Assembly: GCA_963666215.2 (NCBI GenBank)
Contig: CAXWPL010000001.1
Location: 672,001-736,000, forward strand
Direction: 5' to 3'
Length of the DNA stretch: 64,000 nt
Source: Acidobacteriota bacterium
GTDB lineage: Bacteria > Acidobacteriota > UBA890 > WLXD01
Part shown: positions 1-9,653 of the stretch, one piece after another
Layout: each line of letters starts with the position of its first letter
Position numbering within the stretch: the stretch's first letter is position 1
The notes under the pieces: generated by a model
Database searches by the model: none
Told to the model about the DNA's origin: nothing
The model's input: only the letters and a program-made list of their open reading frames with translations
Translations under genes and position numbers: made by a program

Positions 1-1093
1 GGCGCTCCGCTCCAGTGACCGCGTTGTTGTACGCGGCGACCTCGCCCACCATCCGGAAAAGGTCGCCGTGGCCGCTCGGCAGGGCGTAATCGGGAGCGCC
101 ATCGAGCGCCAGCACCTGCAGCCCCGTGGCCGAGAGAAGACCGACGGTTCGGGCCAGTGCCTGCTGCGTCTCGATCGCCTCCAGATCGCTCGGCACCTGC
201 AGGAGAATCCGCGAGATCGCGACGGCCTTGGTCAGATCGATGAGATCGTCAACGCCCTCGGCTCCGGCGGCCAGAAGGTCGGAGGTGTGCCAGACTCAGA
301 GGGAGTTGACCGGGGCTCGGTGTCGCCGCGCCGGGCGCACCGGCTCCGATCCGGAGCGACATAAATAGATGTCGTCGATGTCGACGTAGCCCGTCCCATG
401 ACTGCTGAGTTGTAGACCCGCGAGTTGGCGACTGCGCACGCCATCGATTTCCATCGGCAGCGAAACAGTCTGCCAGTCCGCCGTAGCCGAGAGCATGAAC
501 GACTCCGAGCGCCGTTGATGAGCATCAACGAAGCTGGCCTCGATGCTGCCTTCGATCTGGCCCCGAACGCGCAGCTGCAAACGTTCGAAGCGGCTGCCGT
601 CCAGGTAGAAGACGGTTTCGTCGCTCGGCTCATCGTCGAACAGTGAGATCTCGAGCCGCGGCCGGTCGCTCGCATCGGCGTCGAAAGCGACGCGGAGCGC
701 GCGGGCGTCGGCTGAGCCGACAAGCTCCGCACGGGCGCCGCCTGTTGCCTCGAGCCCCCCTCCGAGGCGATTGCTGGTGGCATTCTCGAACGGCGCAACC
801 AGGAAACATCCATCGGTGGCTGGGGCCAGCGAGCCCTTCTCGTACTCACGCTCGTCCTGCTCGTTCGTTTGCAGGTCGCCGATGCCCAGAACCGCTCCCC
901 GGTCACTCCACGTCACCCGCAGCTCACCACGATTCAGGTCATCGAGCGCTCGCCGACTATCTGCGCTGAGCTCGATCTCCAGAAGCTGGGGCTCGCCGAC
1001 TCCGTGCCCACTTCCAAGCGCCGCAAGCAGGCCGGCCACGACAAGAAGGACGACCCGTCGGCTTGCCGCTGCGTGGCTGCCGCTTCTAGACAT
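1..1093 (-). CDS. Exported protein, CBM/CIA30-like beta-sandwich followed by a putative glycoside-hydrolase-like domain; in-frame TGA at 296-298; runs off the window edge
   Basis: Signal peptide RRVVLLVVAGLLAALG; WQTVSLPM...GYVDIDDIYL resembles a CBM jelly-roll end; the frame stays open after the stop (NSL*VWHTSDLL...LALDGAPDYAL...VAAYN). Confidence 0.55.
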
Positions 1094-1300
1094 TTGCTCC
1101 CCTGCTCTGCCGTCGCCGCACCGAGTGCCCGTTCGCAGCGTAGCCGCGCCGGACGTTGTGCACGAAGCCCAATTGTTCGGGCTTTGCCGGCAGCGTCGGC
1201 CGATGGGGGTGCCGTCAGTCGCCTTGTTCGTTCACGGTCGGGGCGTCAGCGTTGCCGTTCCGACGGTGTACGGAGCTGTGGCGATGGCTCATCTACTCGT

Positions 1301-1340
1301 CGGGTGGCCGCGGCGCTCTCGCAGAGTCGCCGGCCACCCG
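1301..1340 (-). terminator. GC-rich hairpin downstream of the DUF4440-like gene
   Basis: cgggtggccg (1301-1310) and cggccacccg (1331-1340) form a perfect 10-bp inverted repeat; no clear U tract. Confidence 0.45.
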
Positions 1341-1396
1341 CGCCAATCCGGTCGTCGCCCCTCAGGGCTGACTAGAAGCAGTCGCCTGCTCTGGGA

Positions 1397-2323
1397 TCAT
1401 TCGGCGCTAATGTGACCGTTGCCGACGAGGTAGTGGATCTTGTACTCGCCGTCGTCGCCCAGGGCGGCCAGCAACAGATAGCTGCCGATCTGGATGGCGC
1501 TGCCGCCGTCGATCGTCAAGTCGTTCTGGTACCAACCACCGCTGCCTACCCAGCCGTCTCCCAGATCCACCTCTTCCACAGGATGAATGGTGAGCTGCGG
1601 CGAGCCCATCGCAATGGACTCCTCCATCTCGGCGGTAATCGCCTCGCGCCCGTGAGCCAAGGGCGCATCAGCGAAGCCAGCCACAGCACCGTCGGCGAAG
1701 GTGTCGGCCACCATCGAGGCGTGCCCCATGTTGAAGTGCGTGGAGTAGTAGTCGGCCAGGCTCGACAGCATGCCGTCGGCCAGGTCAGGGGGCGGCGGGT
1801 CGTCGTTGTCCACGACCTCGCGGCTTTCGTCCGCAGCGTCGTAGTTGGTCACCAACGCGCTGATCTTCCACGCGCCGTCGGCTTTCTGATAGAAGCCCAT
1901 CCAGTGACCCGTGGTGCTCGTGGGATCGGCGCCCTCGGGGGCGGCGTCGATCTGGTAGTTGCCAACGGCGGCCGCGCCATCGCCCATGACCCGCACGTCC
2001 GTGGTCTCCACACTGACCGTTGGCGACGCCGCCGCGATGTCAGCCTCGAGCCTGGCGGCTATATCCTCCCTGCCGTTCCGGACGTCGCCGTTCGCGGCCA
2101 GAAGGACTGCCTCGTCGGTGTAGAAATCGGCCACCATCGAGCCGTGACCCATGTTGAAGTGCAAGACGTAGTCGTCGCCGAGCGCCCGGATGGCGGCCTC
2201 GTCATCCATCGACTCCGCGACGGGAGCTGCGTCGGGCGCTTCGGCCTCGGGCTCAGCGGATCCGCCGCAAGCGAACGTCAACACACCAACGAGCAACAAA
2301 CTGAGAATGCGCTTCATGGTCAT
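1397..2323 (-). CDS. Lipoprotein with two tandem SnoaL/NTF2-like (DUF4440/YybH) domains
   Basis: Lipobox LTFAC; DEAAIRAL...FYTDEAVLL...GREDI...GAWKI pattern occurs twice; SD aggag. Confidence 0.8.
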   Translation of the reverse strand: MTMKRILSLLLVGVLTFACGGSAEPEAEAPDAAPVAESMDDEAAIRALGDDYVLHFNMGHGSMVADFYTDEAVLLAANGDVRNGREDIAARLEADIAAASPTVSVETTDVRVMGDGAAAVGNYQIDAAPEGADPTSTTGHWMGFYQKADGAWKISALVTNYDAADESREVVDNDDPPPPDLADGMLSSLADYYSTHFNMGHASMVADTFADGAVAGFADAPLAHGREAITAEMEESIAMGSPQLTIHPVEEVDLGDGWVGSGGWYQNDLTIDGGSAIQIGSYLLLAALGDDGEYKIHYLVGNGHISAE

Positions 2324-2555
2324 CTCCTGGAGTTTGAAGCGAGGAGATTGGAATCGCGGGCGCCACCGTACGTCGACCGTCCAAGGAGATCAACCCCGGC
2401 ACGCAGGGCTCGCCGATCAGAATCTCTGCGACTCAGAGCACAGATTACCTCGAATCTCGCCATAACACGATCAGCACAACGGAAGACGGACCCGCGCCGC
2501 GGAGCTCGAGGCGCTTCAACGACCGGACTTGACCGGCGTCCTGGATCCCCGCCGG

Positions 2556-4274
2556 CTAGATGCTCGTTCCCGCTTTGAGCTTGCCGCGGTCGACCTTGCC
2601 GAGATGAGTCCGTGGCAGGTCATCCAGGAAGGTGACATCGCGCGGGTACTTGTAGGGCTCCAGGCAGGTGCGGACGTGCTCCTGGAGCTCTTCAACGAGT
2701 TGTGAGCCGGGCTGATGTGGGCCCGCCTCTGCGCCGTCAGCGGCGTCCGCGTCGGAGAGGACAACGAACGCGTGCGGCTTGACGAGACCGTCGACCGAAG
2801 GATCCTCCACCCCAACAACCGCGACCTCCTTCACCGCCGGGTGCTCGAGCAAGCAGCTCTCCACCTCGCCGGGTGACAGCCACTTGCCCGACACCTTGAG
2901 CATGTCGTCGCCGCGGCCGCAGTAGGTGAACACACCGTCGGCATCGCGCTTGACCATGTCGCCGGAGACGTACCACTCGCCGCGGAACGCCTCCATCGTG
3001 CGGTCCATCCGTTGCCAGTAGCCGATGGCCCGTGAGTTACCCGCGACCCAAAGCCAGCCAATCTCGCCGTGCGGCAGCTCGGCGCCGTCGTCGTCGCAAA
3101 CCTTCACGCGAAAACCCGTAACGACCTTACCGAGCGTCCCCGGAACAACGTCGCCGGGCCGGTTGGTGATGAAGACATGCCACTGCTCGGCGGTACCGAG
3201 TCCGTCGAGAAGCTCGACACCGAAAGCCTCGTCCCAGCGACGATGCAGCTCAGCCGGAAGAGCCTCGCCGGCCGACGTGGAAAGCCGCAACGAGCTCAGG
3301 TCCTGCTCGGCAACCAGCTCGTGGGCGAGCATCTTGTTGATCATCGTCGGAACGTTGATCAGAATCGTTGGCCGGTGACGGGCAATCTTGCTGAACAGCA
3401 CTTCGGGCGTGCAGCGTTCCGGGAACAGCACGGCCGAGGCGCCTACCGCGAAGGGGAAAAGGAGATTCGACCCTGTGGCGTAGCCGAAGAACAGTTTCGG
3501 CACCGAGAGGGTGATGTCGTCCTCGCTGTAACCCAACGTTTGCTTGGCGTAGCGCTCGGTGGTGTTGACGAACGAGTTGTGGCTCTGTACCACCGCCTTG
3601 GGCTTCCCCGTGGTGCCGCCGGAGAACAGCCAGATCGCGGCGTCGTCGCGGTGAGTCGGGAAACACTCGAGCGCATCCGAGGACGTTGCCAGCTCTTCGT
3701 TGAAGTCGGGATCCCCCACAACGAGCAAGCGCCGAAGGAAGCGCGCGGACGACCGTGTTCGATCGCTGGACGCGACGAGTATGCCGTCCGAGGGCTTGCC
3801 CGCGGACGTGGCGAGCTCGCCCAACATGCCCGGGTCGCTGGCTCGCGCCACGCTGGCGATCGACGACACCTCGGCCTCGGGTGTTGCTGCGATACCCGCC
3901 GCCTGGCGGAACGTGGTCGCGGCATCAATGTGCACGACGGCGGCGCGCGCGCGCGTCAGCTCGAGAAAGTAGGCGACGTTTTCGTCATTGAGGTCAGGAT
4001 TGACCATCACCACAACGGCGCCGATCTTGAGCGTCCCGAAGAAGGCTGCGACAAACTCGGCTGAGTCGGGGAGTGCGATGACCACCCGCTGTTCCGCCTG
4101 AACACCGGCCTCGCGCAGCAGATTCCCGAATCGATTGGCTTGCGCCTGCACCTCCGCGTAGGTGGTGTTGCCCTCGTCGGTTCTGAGAGCCACACGGTCG
4201 CCGCGGCCCTCGTCCACGTGGGCATCGAGGAAGTGCGCAGCAAGGTTCAGACGCTCGGGGATCTCGACTGTCAT
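2556..4274 (-). CDS. Benzoate-CoA ligase family protein, probably 2-aminobenzoate (anthranilate)-CoA ligase
   Basis: AMP-binding motifs FSGGTTGKPK, SAGEALP, LDGLGTAE, GRGDDMLKVSG, PRTHLGK; KLFFGYATG benzoate-ligase signature; adjacent to the anthraniloyl-CoA monooxygenase cluster. Confidence 0.85.
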   Translation of the reverse strand: MTVEIPERLNLAAHFLDAHVDEGRGDRVALRTDEGNTTYAEVQAQANRFGNLLREAGVQAEQRVVIALPDSAEFVAAFFGTLKIGAVVVMVNPDLNDENVAYFLELTRARAAVVHIDAATTFRQAAGIAATPEAEVSSIASVARASDPGMLGELATSAGKPSDGILVASSDRTRSSARFLRRLLVVGDPDFNEELATSSDALECFPTHRDDAAIWLFSGGTTGKPKAVVQSHNSFVNTTERYAKQTLGYSEDDITLSVPKLFFGYATGSNLLFPFAVGASAVLFPERCTPEVLFSKIARHRPTILINVPTMINKMLAHELVAEQDLSSLRLSTSAGEALPAELHRRWDEAFGVELLDGLGTAEQWHVFITNRPGDVVPGTLGKVVTGFRVKVCDDDGAELPHGEIGWLWVAGNSRAIGYWQRMDRTMEAFRGEWYVSGDMVKRDADGVFTYCGRGDDMLKVSGKWLSPGEVESCLLEHPAVKEVAVVGVEDPSVDGLVKPHAFVVLSDADAADGAEAGPHQPGSQLVEELQEHVRTCLEPYKYPRDVTFLDDLPRTHLGKVDRGKLKAGTSI

Positions 4275-4489
4275 ATGGCGGACATTACCGAACCCCTTCG
4301 CGCTGCGACAAGCCGGGTTGTGTCACGACGTCTGGACGCACTGGCGACTCGCGACCCTTTCGGCGCCGTTCCGGCGCTTGCGGCGCGCCGTCGGCACAGT
4401 GCTGTCGCCGTACCGGCGAACGCGGCATCCTTGTCGCGCTGATCGCGCCCTCCGAAACCGAACGAAGAGACACGCACGAGGACCGAGTC

Positions 4490-6676
4490 GTGAGATCGAA
4501 GATCCCGGTGGGCCTGGCGTTGCTGCTGGCGGCCGGTTGGGTGCAGTCGCCCCAACGGCCTACCTTTCGTGCCGACGCACCCCTGGTGCGCGTCGACGTC
4601 ATCGTTTCCGACAGCGGCGGCGACTTCATCGACGACTTTCGACTGTACGAAGACGGTCAGCTCCAACGCCTCCTTTCGCTACAGCTGGTCGACGTCGAGC
4701 GAGGCGAGGTGACGGTGCGATCGTCGTCCACGTTCGGAGCGACGGCGCTCGCGGCAGAGCCGGTCGAGCTGGTCGAAACCGACGTCGCCGCGCTCTCGGC
4801 AATCGTGTACCTCATCGACGGTCCGACGCTCGATCCTACGGTCAAGGGACGCTTCGCCGATATCTGGGCCCGCGTCTTGGTGGAGACCGAGGACGCCACC
4901 CTGACGTCGCCGCGCGCCGTCTACATGATCGACTCGATCGGCCAGTTGCGCGAGATCACACCGCTGACACGCAATACCGAGGCCCTCCGCGCGAGCGGCC
5001 AGACCATCGCCGATCTGCCGCTGTCGGGCACGTCGCGAATGCAGCGACTCATCGAGGTTGCCGAGACCGCGAGCCAGAACAACGCACCGGCCATCGGGGG
5101 TGGCGGCGGCGGCTTGATGGGAGACGACCCGGGTCTGCGCCTCGCACAGATGAAAGCGCGCGCCTTCGAGGCCGAGGAGAGCTCGCGCAGCTTCCATTCC
5201 TTCGAAACGCTCGAGCGCTTCGCGAACTCGCTCTCGGCGCGCGGCGGCCGTACGGCGCTGGTGTGGGTGTCGTCGGGCGTCAAGATCACCCAGGGCGGAC
5301 CCTTTTTATCGGTGGTCGCCGTGGCCGCCGATCCGGCGGGAACCGGCCGCGCGATCCAGCGGCTCGGCGGCATCGCCCCAGATCAAGGTCTGCTATCGGC
5401 TCTCGAGCGAGTCCAGAAGGCCGCCAACAGCGCCAACGTGAGCATCTACGCAATCGACCCCAGCCTCCTCAACCAACGCCGTGGCCTCGAGTCCGACGCC
5501 AGCACGCAGAACACTTTCGGCCCCGCAGGCAGCGCGCTGGCGTCGCCGCTCGTTCGTGGAGCATTCGACGGCCTGCGCGACAGCATGCGCAACGCCGCCT
5601 CTGCCACCGGCGGCAAGGCATTGATCTCCTACACCGACCTGCGCTCGGCGTTCCGTGATATCGAACGCGATACCGGGCGTTTCTACCTGCTGGCCTACAC
5701 GCCGCCAGCACCGCATGGCGACGGCGTCTATCACGAGATCGACGTCGAGGTGGAGTTCGACGGAGCCGAGGTTCGCCATCGCGCCGGGTATTCGGACCTG
5801 GCGCTCGCCGACCGCCTGCAGAACCAAATCAACGCCGCGCTCGCCCTTCCTGGCACTGCCGACGGCCTCGGCATCGAGATCGACGTCGTGCGCTCCTGGC
5901 GCCCCAACGGCGCGGCAAACGTCATGCTGGCGCTCGGCCTGCGGCCTTCGGAGGCCGATTTCGCTATTGAGGAGGGCAACAACGGCGCCACCGAGTTGCG
6001 CTCGTTCCAGGTCAATGCGCTCGTTCTCGACGAGGACGGTGAGGTGATCGAGACGACGCAGCAACGCCACGAGCTGCGACGGCCGCGAGCGCGCCAGCAA
6101 GATCGTGGCAATACCGACGAAGCGAACGCTGCCAGCTCAGATCCACAGGACTCGGCGGACGAGCCCTACCTGGTGTACCGCTACGAGTGGACACTACCGC
6201 CCGGCGACTACGACATCCGGGTTGCCGCGCTGGACGAGATCTGAGGGCGCATCGGGGCGGCGAGCATCGGGTTCGACGTACCCGTCTCCGACGACAGCTG
6301 GCGGGTAAGCGACCTGGCGTTGATCAGCGGCGCCAACGCGGCGTCGCTACAGCCGGTGGTGAACGATCGCGCACCGGCCGGCGTGCCCCTGATTGCGTAT
6401 GTCGAGTTGATCGGCGGAGTCCAGCCGATCCTCTCGGGACGTCTGATGTCGAAGGAACAGGTTGCGCTCGGCGGCGACCAAGAAGGCGCGGACCTGGGGG
6501 CGCGACTGCCCGCTACGCGGATGCGGCGCGACACCGAGGGAGTGTTCCGCGGCACGATGGCGCTGCCTCCGTACCTTCCGGCGGGCGAGTACCTGCTGCA
6601 GGTTCAAGTCACCGATCCAGTCGCCAACCGTCACCACATCTTCCGCCGCGAGCTCCAGCTCCTCGACCACCGCTAG
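4490..6676 (+). CDS. Acidobacterial VWA-domain secreted protein; interrupted by in-frame TGA at 6242-6244
   Basis: PTFRADAPLVRVDVIV, GRTALVWVSSG, ANVSIYAIDP, ATGG, YLLAYTP; ORF 6320-6676 is in the same frame (DEI*GRIGAASI). Confidence 0.75.
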
Positions 6677-6708
6677 TGAGAGCGTCGTGGCGGAGCTCGT
6701 GGCGGCCG

Positions 6709-6714
6709 TATAAT
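6709..6714 (+). promoter_or_regulatory. Consensus -10 box of a probable leaderless promoter for the catabolic operon
   Basis: TATAAT lies 7 nt upstream of ATG 6722, with no SD. Confidence 0.6.
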
Positions 6715-6721
6715 CGCCGCC

Positions 6722-7540
6722 ATGCCGATCGAGCGACTTGCCGAGATGACGTGGGAAGAGGTGAGCGACCTCGATGGCGCGCGATCGGTGGCAATTCTGC
6801 CGTTGGGCGCCATCGAAGCTCACGGGCCGCACCTGCCGCTGAGCACCGACGTCGTGATTGGCGAGGCGATGGCTCGGAGCGGTGCCGAGAAGCTCGCCGA
6901 GGCCGGGCTGACGCCGATTCTGCTTCCCGCCCTGCCCTACACAACGGCGGGGTTCGCGGCGGCGTTCCCTGGAACGATTACGGTGGGATCGCGAGTCGTC
7001 TGCGACCTGATTGTGGAGATCGCGCGGAGCCTTGGCCGTGCCGACGTAGGCACGTTGGCACTGGCGAATGTTCATCTCGACCCGGTTCACCTGGGCGCCC
7101 TGCGCGGTGCCGTGTCGGAGATCCGCGCGGCGGAGCTGCTCAAGATCGTGTACCCCGACATCACGCGTAAGCCGTGGGCACTGCGCCTGAGCGACGAGTT
7201 CAAGAGCGGCGCCTGTCACGCGGGGTGTTACGAGGGCTCGGTGATGATGGCCGAGCGCCGCGAGCTCGTGCGCGAGGAAATCCAGGCGGTTCTGCCCGAC
7301 AATCCAGCCTCGCTCTCCGAAGCCATCGTTGCCGGCAAAACCTCGTTCAAGGCGGCGGGAGGACCGCAGGCGTATTTCGGCTATCCCGCCAACGCGACCG
7401 CCGAGGAGGGCGCCGCAACGGTGGAGATCCTCGGCGGCATCCTCAGCGAGGCGGTGCTGCAACGCCTCAGGCTATGGGAGCCCGACCTCGACTCAGGTTC
7501 CGTGCCCACGGATGTCGGCATGGCGAGGCCAGGCGCATGA
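6722..7540 (+). CDS. Creatininase-family amidohydrolase
   Basis: MTWEEV, LPLGAIEAHGPHLPLSTD, FPGTI, HAGCYEGS, G-x-FGYP motifs. Confidence 0.9.
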   Translation: MPIERLAEMTWEEVSDLDGARSVAILPLGAIEAHGPHLPLSTDVVIGEAMARSGAEKLAEAGLTPILLPALPYTTAGFAAAFPGTITVGSRVVCDLIVEIARSLGRADVGTLALANVHLDPVHLGALRGAVSEIRAAELLKIVYPDITRKPWALRLSDEFKSGACHAGCYEGSVMMAERRELVREEIQAVLPDNPASLSEAIVAGKTSFKAAGGPQAYFGYPANATAEEGAATVEILGGILSEAVLQRLRLWEPDLDSGSVPTDVGMARPGA

Positions 7541-8325
7541 ATACCCTACTGACGCTCGACGGGAAGACGGCGGTCGTCACGGGTGGCGGACGCGGCATCG
7601 GAGCCGCGATCGCCCGGGCGCTCGGAGCAGCCGGCGCGGCCGTCGTCGTAGCGGCGCGCAGCGAGAACGAGATCGACGGCGTGGCGACCGAGTTACGAGC
7701 GCTAGGAGTGCAAGCGTGGCCGGTGCCCGTAGATGTGACCGATCCCGACAGCGTCACCAAGCTGACGAGCGCCGCGATCGACCGCATGGGCCGGGTGGAC
7801 GTGCTGGTCAACAACGCCGGCGTCGTCAAGTCGGCTCCCCTCCACAGCCAGTCGCTGGAAGACTGGAACCGTGTCATCGCGGTGAACGCCACCGGAACGT
7901 TCCTGTGCACGCAGTCGATGGTCGCAGGCATGGTGGAAAGCGGCTGGGGCCGCGTCGTCAATATCGCCTCGGTCACCTCGAAAGTCGGCGCCCGATACAT
8001 CAGCGCCTATGCCGCCTCGAAGCACGCGGTGCTCGGGTTCACCCGCAGCATCGCGCTCGAGCTCGCCGACAAAGGTGTAACGGTCAACGCTATCTGTCCC
8101 GGCTATGTCGACACCGACATGACGACGGCTTCGCTGGCGCGAATCGAAAAGAAGACCGGCCAGGGCAGCGAACAAGCTCTCGCGATGATCCTCGCTGGCT
8201 CACCACAGGGCAGACTCATCGAACCCGACGAAATCGCACACTTGGTGCTCGCGCTCTGCGATCACAACGCCAGGGGCATCACCGGTCAGGCGATCGTCAT
8301 CGACGGCGGCGAGGTGCAAACATGA
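7537..8325 (+). CDS. SDR-family oxidoreductase (3-hydroxyacyl-CoA dehydrogenase-like)
   Basis: TGGGRGIG, NNAG, YAASK, VNAICPGYVDT; ATGA overlap with the upstream gene. Confidence 0.92.
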   Translation: MNTLLTLDGKTAVVTGGGRGIGAAIARALGAAGAAVVVAARSENEIDGVATELRALGVQAWPVPVDVTDPDSVTKLTSAAIDRMGRVDVLVNNAGVVKSAPLHSQSLEDWNRVIAVNATGTFLCTQSMVAGMVESGWGRVVNIASVTSKVGARYISAYAASKHAVLGFTRSIALELADKGVTVNAICPGYVDTDMTTASLARIEKKTGQGSEQALAMILAGSPQGRLIEPDEIAHLVLALCDHNARGITGQAIVIDGGEVQT

Positions 8326-8774
8326 GCTCGAGCTACCGCGTCATCAACCCCGAGGAGCTCGGTGCCCCGAGCGGTTGGAACAACGGCATGCTGGCGGCGC
8401 CTGGCGGCAGCGTGCTGTTCATCGCCGGGCAAACCGCACGGGGCGCCTCCGGACGCGTTGAACCGGTCGGCTTTGTCGAGCAGTTCGGCCGCGCCCTCGA
8501 CAACATCCTGGTGGTACTGCGCGATGCTGGAGGCACGCCGGTCGATGTCGGGAGGATGACGATCTACGTAACCGACCTCGACGCCTACCTCGACTCACTG
8601 CGCGAGCTCGGCGGCGTCTACCGCGAGCGCATGGGCCGACACTACCCGGCAATGGCACTCGTGGAGGTCTCGCGACTGGTCGACCCGGCGGCGCTGGTGG
8701 AGATCGAAGCCACGGCAGTGCTGCCAATGCCCGTCGACTTGACCGATCGTGGAGGTCACGCGCAGCTCGTCTGA
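8322..8774 (+). CDS. RidA/YjgF family protein
   Basis: LFIAGQ, GRHYPAMALVEVSRLVDPAALVEIEATA; ATGA overlap. Confidence 0.9.
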   Translation: MSSSYRVINPEELGAPSGWNNGMLAAPGGSVLFIAGQTARGASGRVEPVGFVEQFGRALDNILVVLRDAGGTPVDVGRMTIYVTDLDAYLDSLRELGGVYRERMGRHYPAMALVEVSRLVDPAALVEIEATAVLPMPVDLTDRGGHAQLV

Positions 8775-8852
8775 CGAACGGCTGAACACCCCAACCCGTG
8801 CCAGGCGGTCGCACTCTCCTTCGAGAAAACCAAAGCGAGCCGAACCCACACC

Positions 8853-9653
8853 ATGCCAATCGAGCCGAAGAGCTTTCTGTGGAGCGCCGACCCCGAAACC
8901 GGCGTCGCCACACTGATTCTCAATCGACCCGAGCGGCTCAACGCGCTGACGTTCGAAGTCTACGGCGAGCTGCTCCACACATTCCTGGCGCTGCCCGAGG
9001 AAACCGACGTCCGAGCCGTGGTGATCACCGGCCAGGGCAAGGCGTTCTGCTCGGGTGGCGACGTGCGAGACATCATCGGGCCGCTCTTGGAGGCCGACTT
9101 CGACAGATTGCACGACTTCACTCGCATGACGTGCGATCTGATTGGCGCCATACGGAGATGTGGCAAGCCCGTGATCGCGGCGCTCAACGGCACGGTTGCC
9201 GGCGCGGGAGCAGTCATCGCCACCGCGTGCGACATCCGTATCGCGGCGACCTCGGCGCGTATCGCGTTCCTGTTCACCAAGGTCGGGCTATCCGGCGCAG
9301 ATATGGGCGTTGCCTGGCTGCTGCCGCGCCTCGTGGGACTGGGTCGCGCCACGGAGTTACTCATGACGGGCAGCTTCATCGACGCCGCCGAGGCTCACCG
9401 AATTGGTCTCTACAACCAGGTCGTCGACGACGGGCACGTGCTTGATGTTGCGCTGTCGCTGGCGGAGTCACTGGCCCGCGGCCCGGCGGGCGCGCTGGCT
9501 GTGACCAAGCGCCAGCTCGACGCAGAGGCCGACCAGAGCCTCGAGCAAGCTCTCGTCGACGAGGCCCGGGAGCAGGCAGTCTGCATGCTGAGCCCCGACT
9601 TTCGCGAGGCCTACCAGGCGTTTGTCGACAAGCGCGAGCCGCGCTTCGAGTGA
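8853..9653 (+). CDS. Enoyl-CoA hydratase/isomerase family protein
   Basis: [41 protein letters not shown]. Confidence 0.92.
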   Translation: MPIEPKSFLWSADPETGVATLILNRPERLNALTFEVYGELLHTFLALPEETDVRAVVITGQGKAFCSGGDVRDIIGPLLEADFDRLHDFTRMTCDLIGAIRRCGKPVIAALNGTVAGAGAVIATACDIRIAATSARIAFLFTKVGLSGADMGVAWLLPRLVGLGRATELLMTGSFIDAAEAHRIGLYNQVVDDGHVLDVALSLAESLARGPAGALAVTKRQLDAEADQSLEQALVDEAREQAVCMLSPDFREAYQAFVDKREPRFE

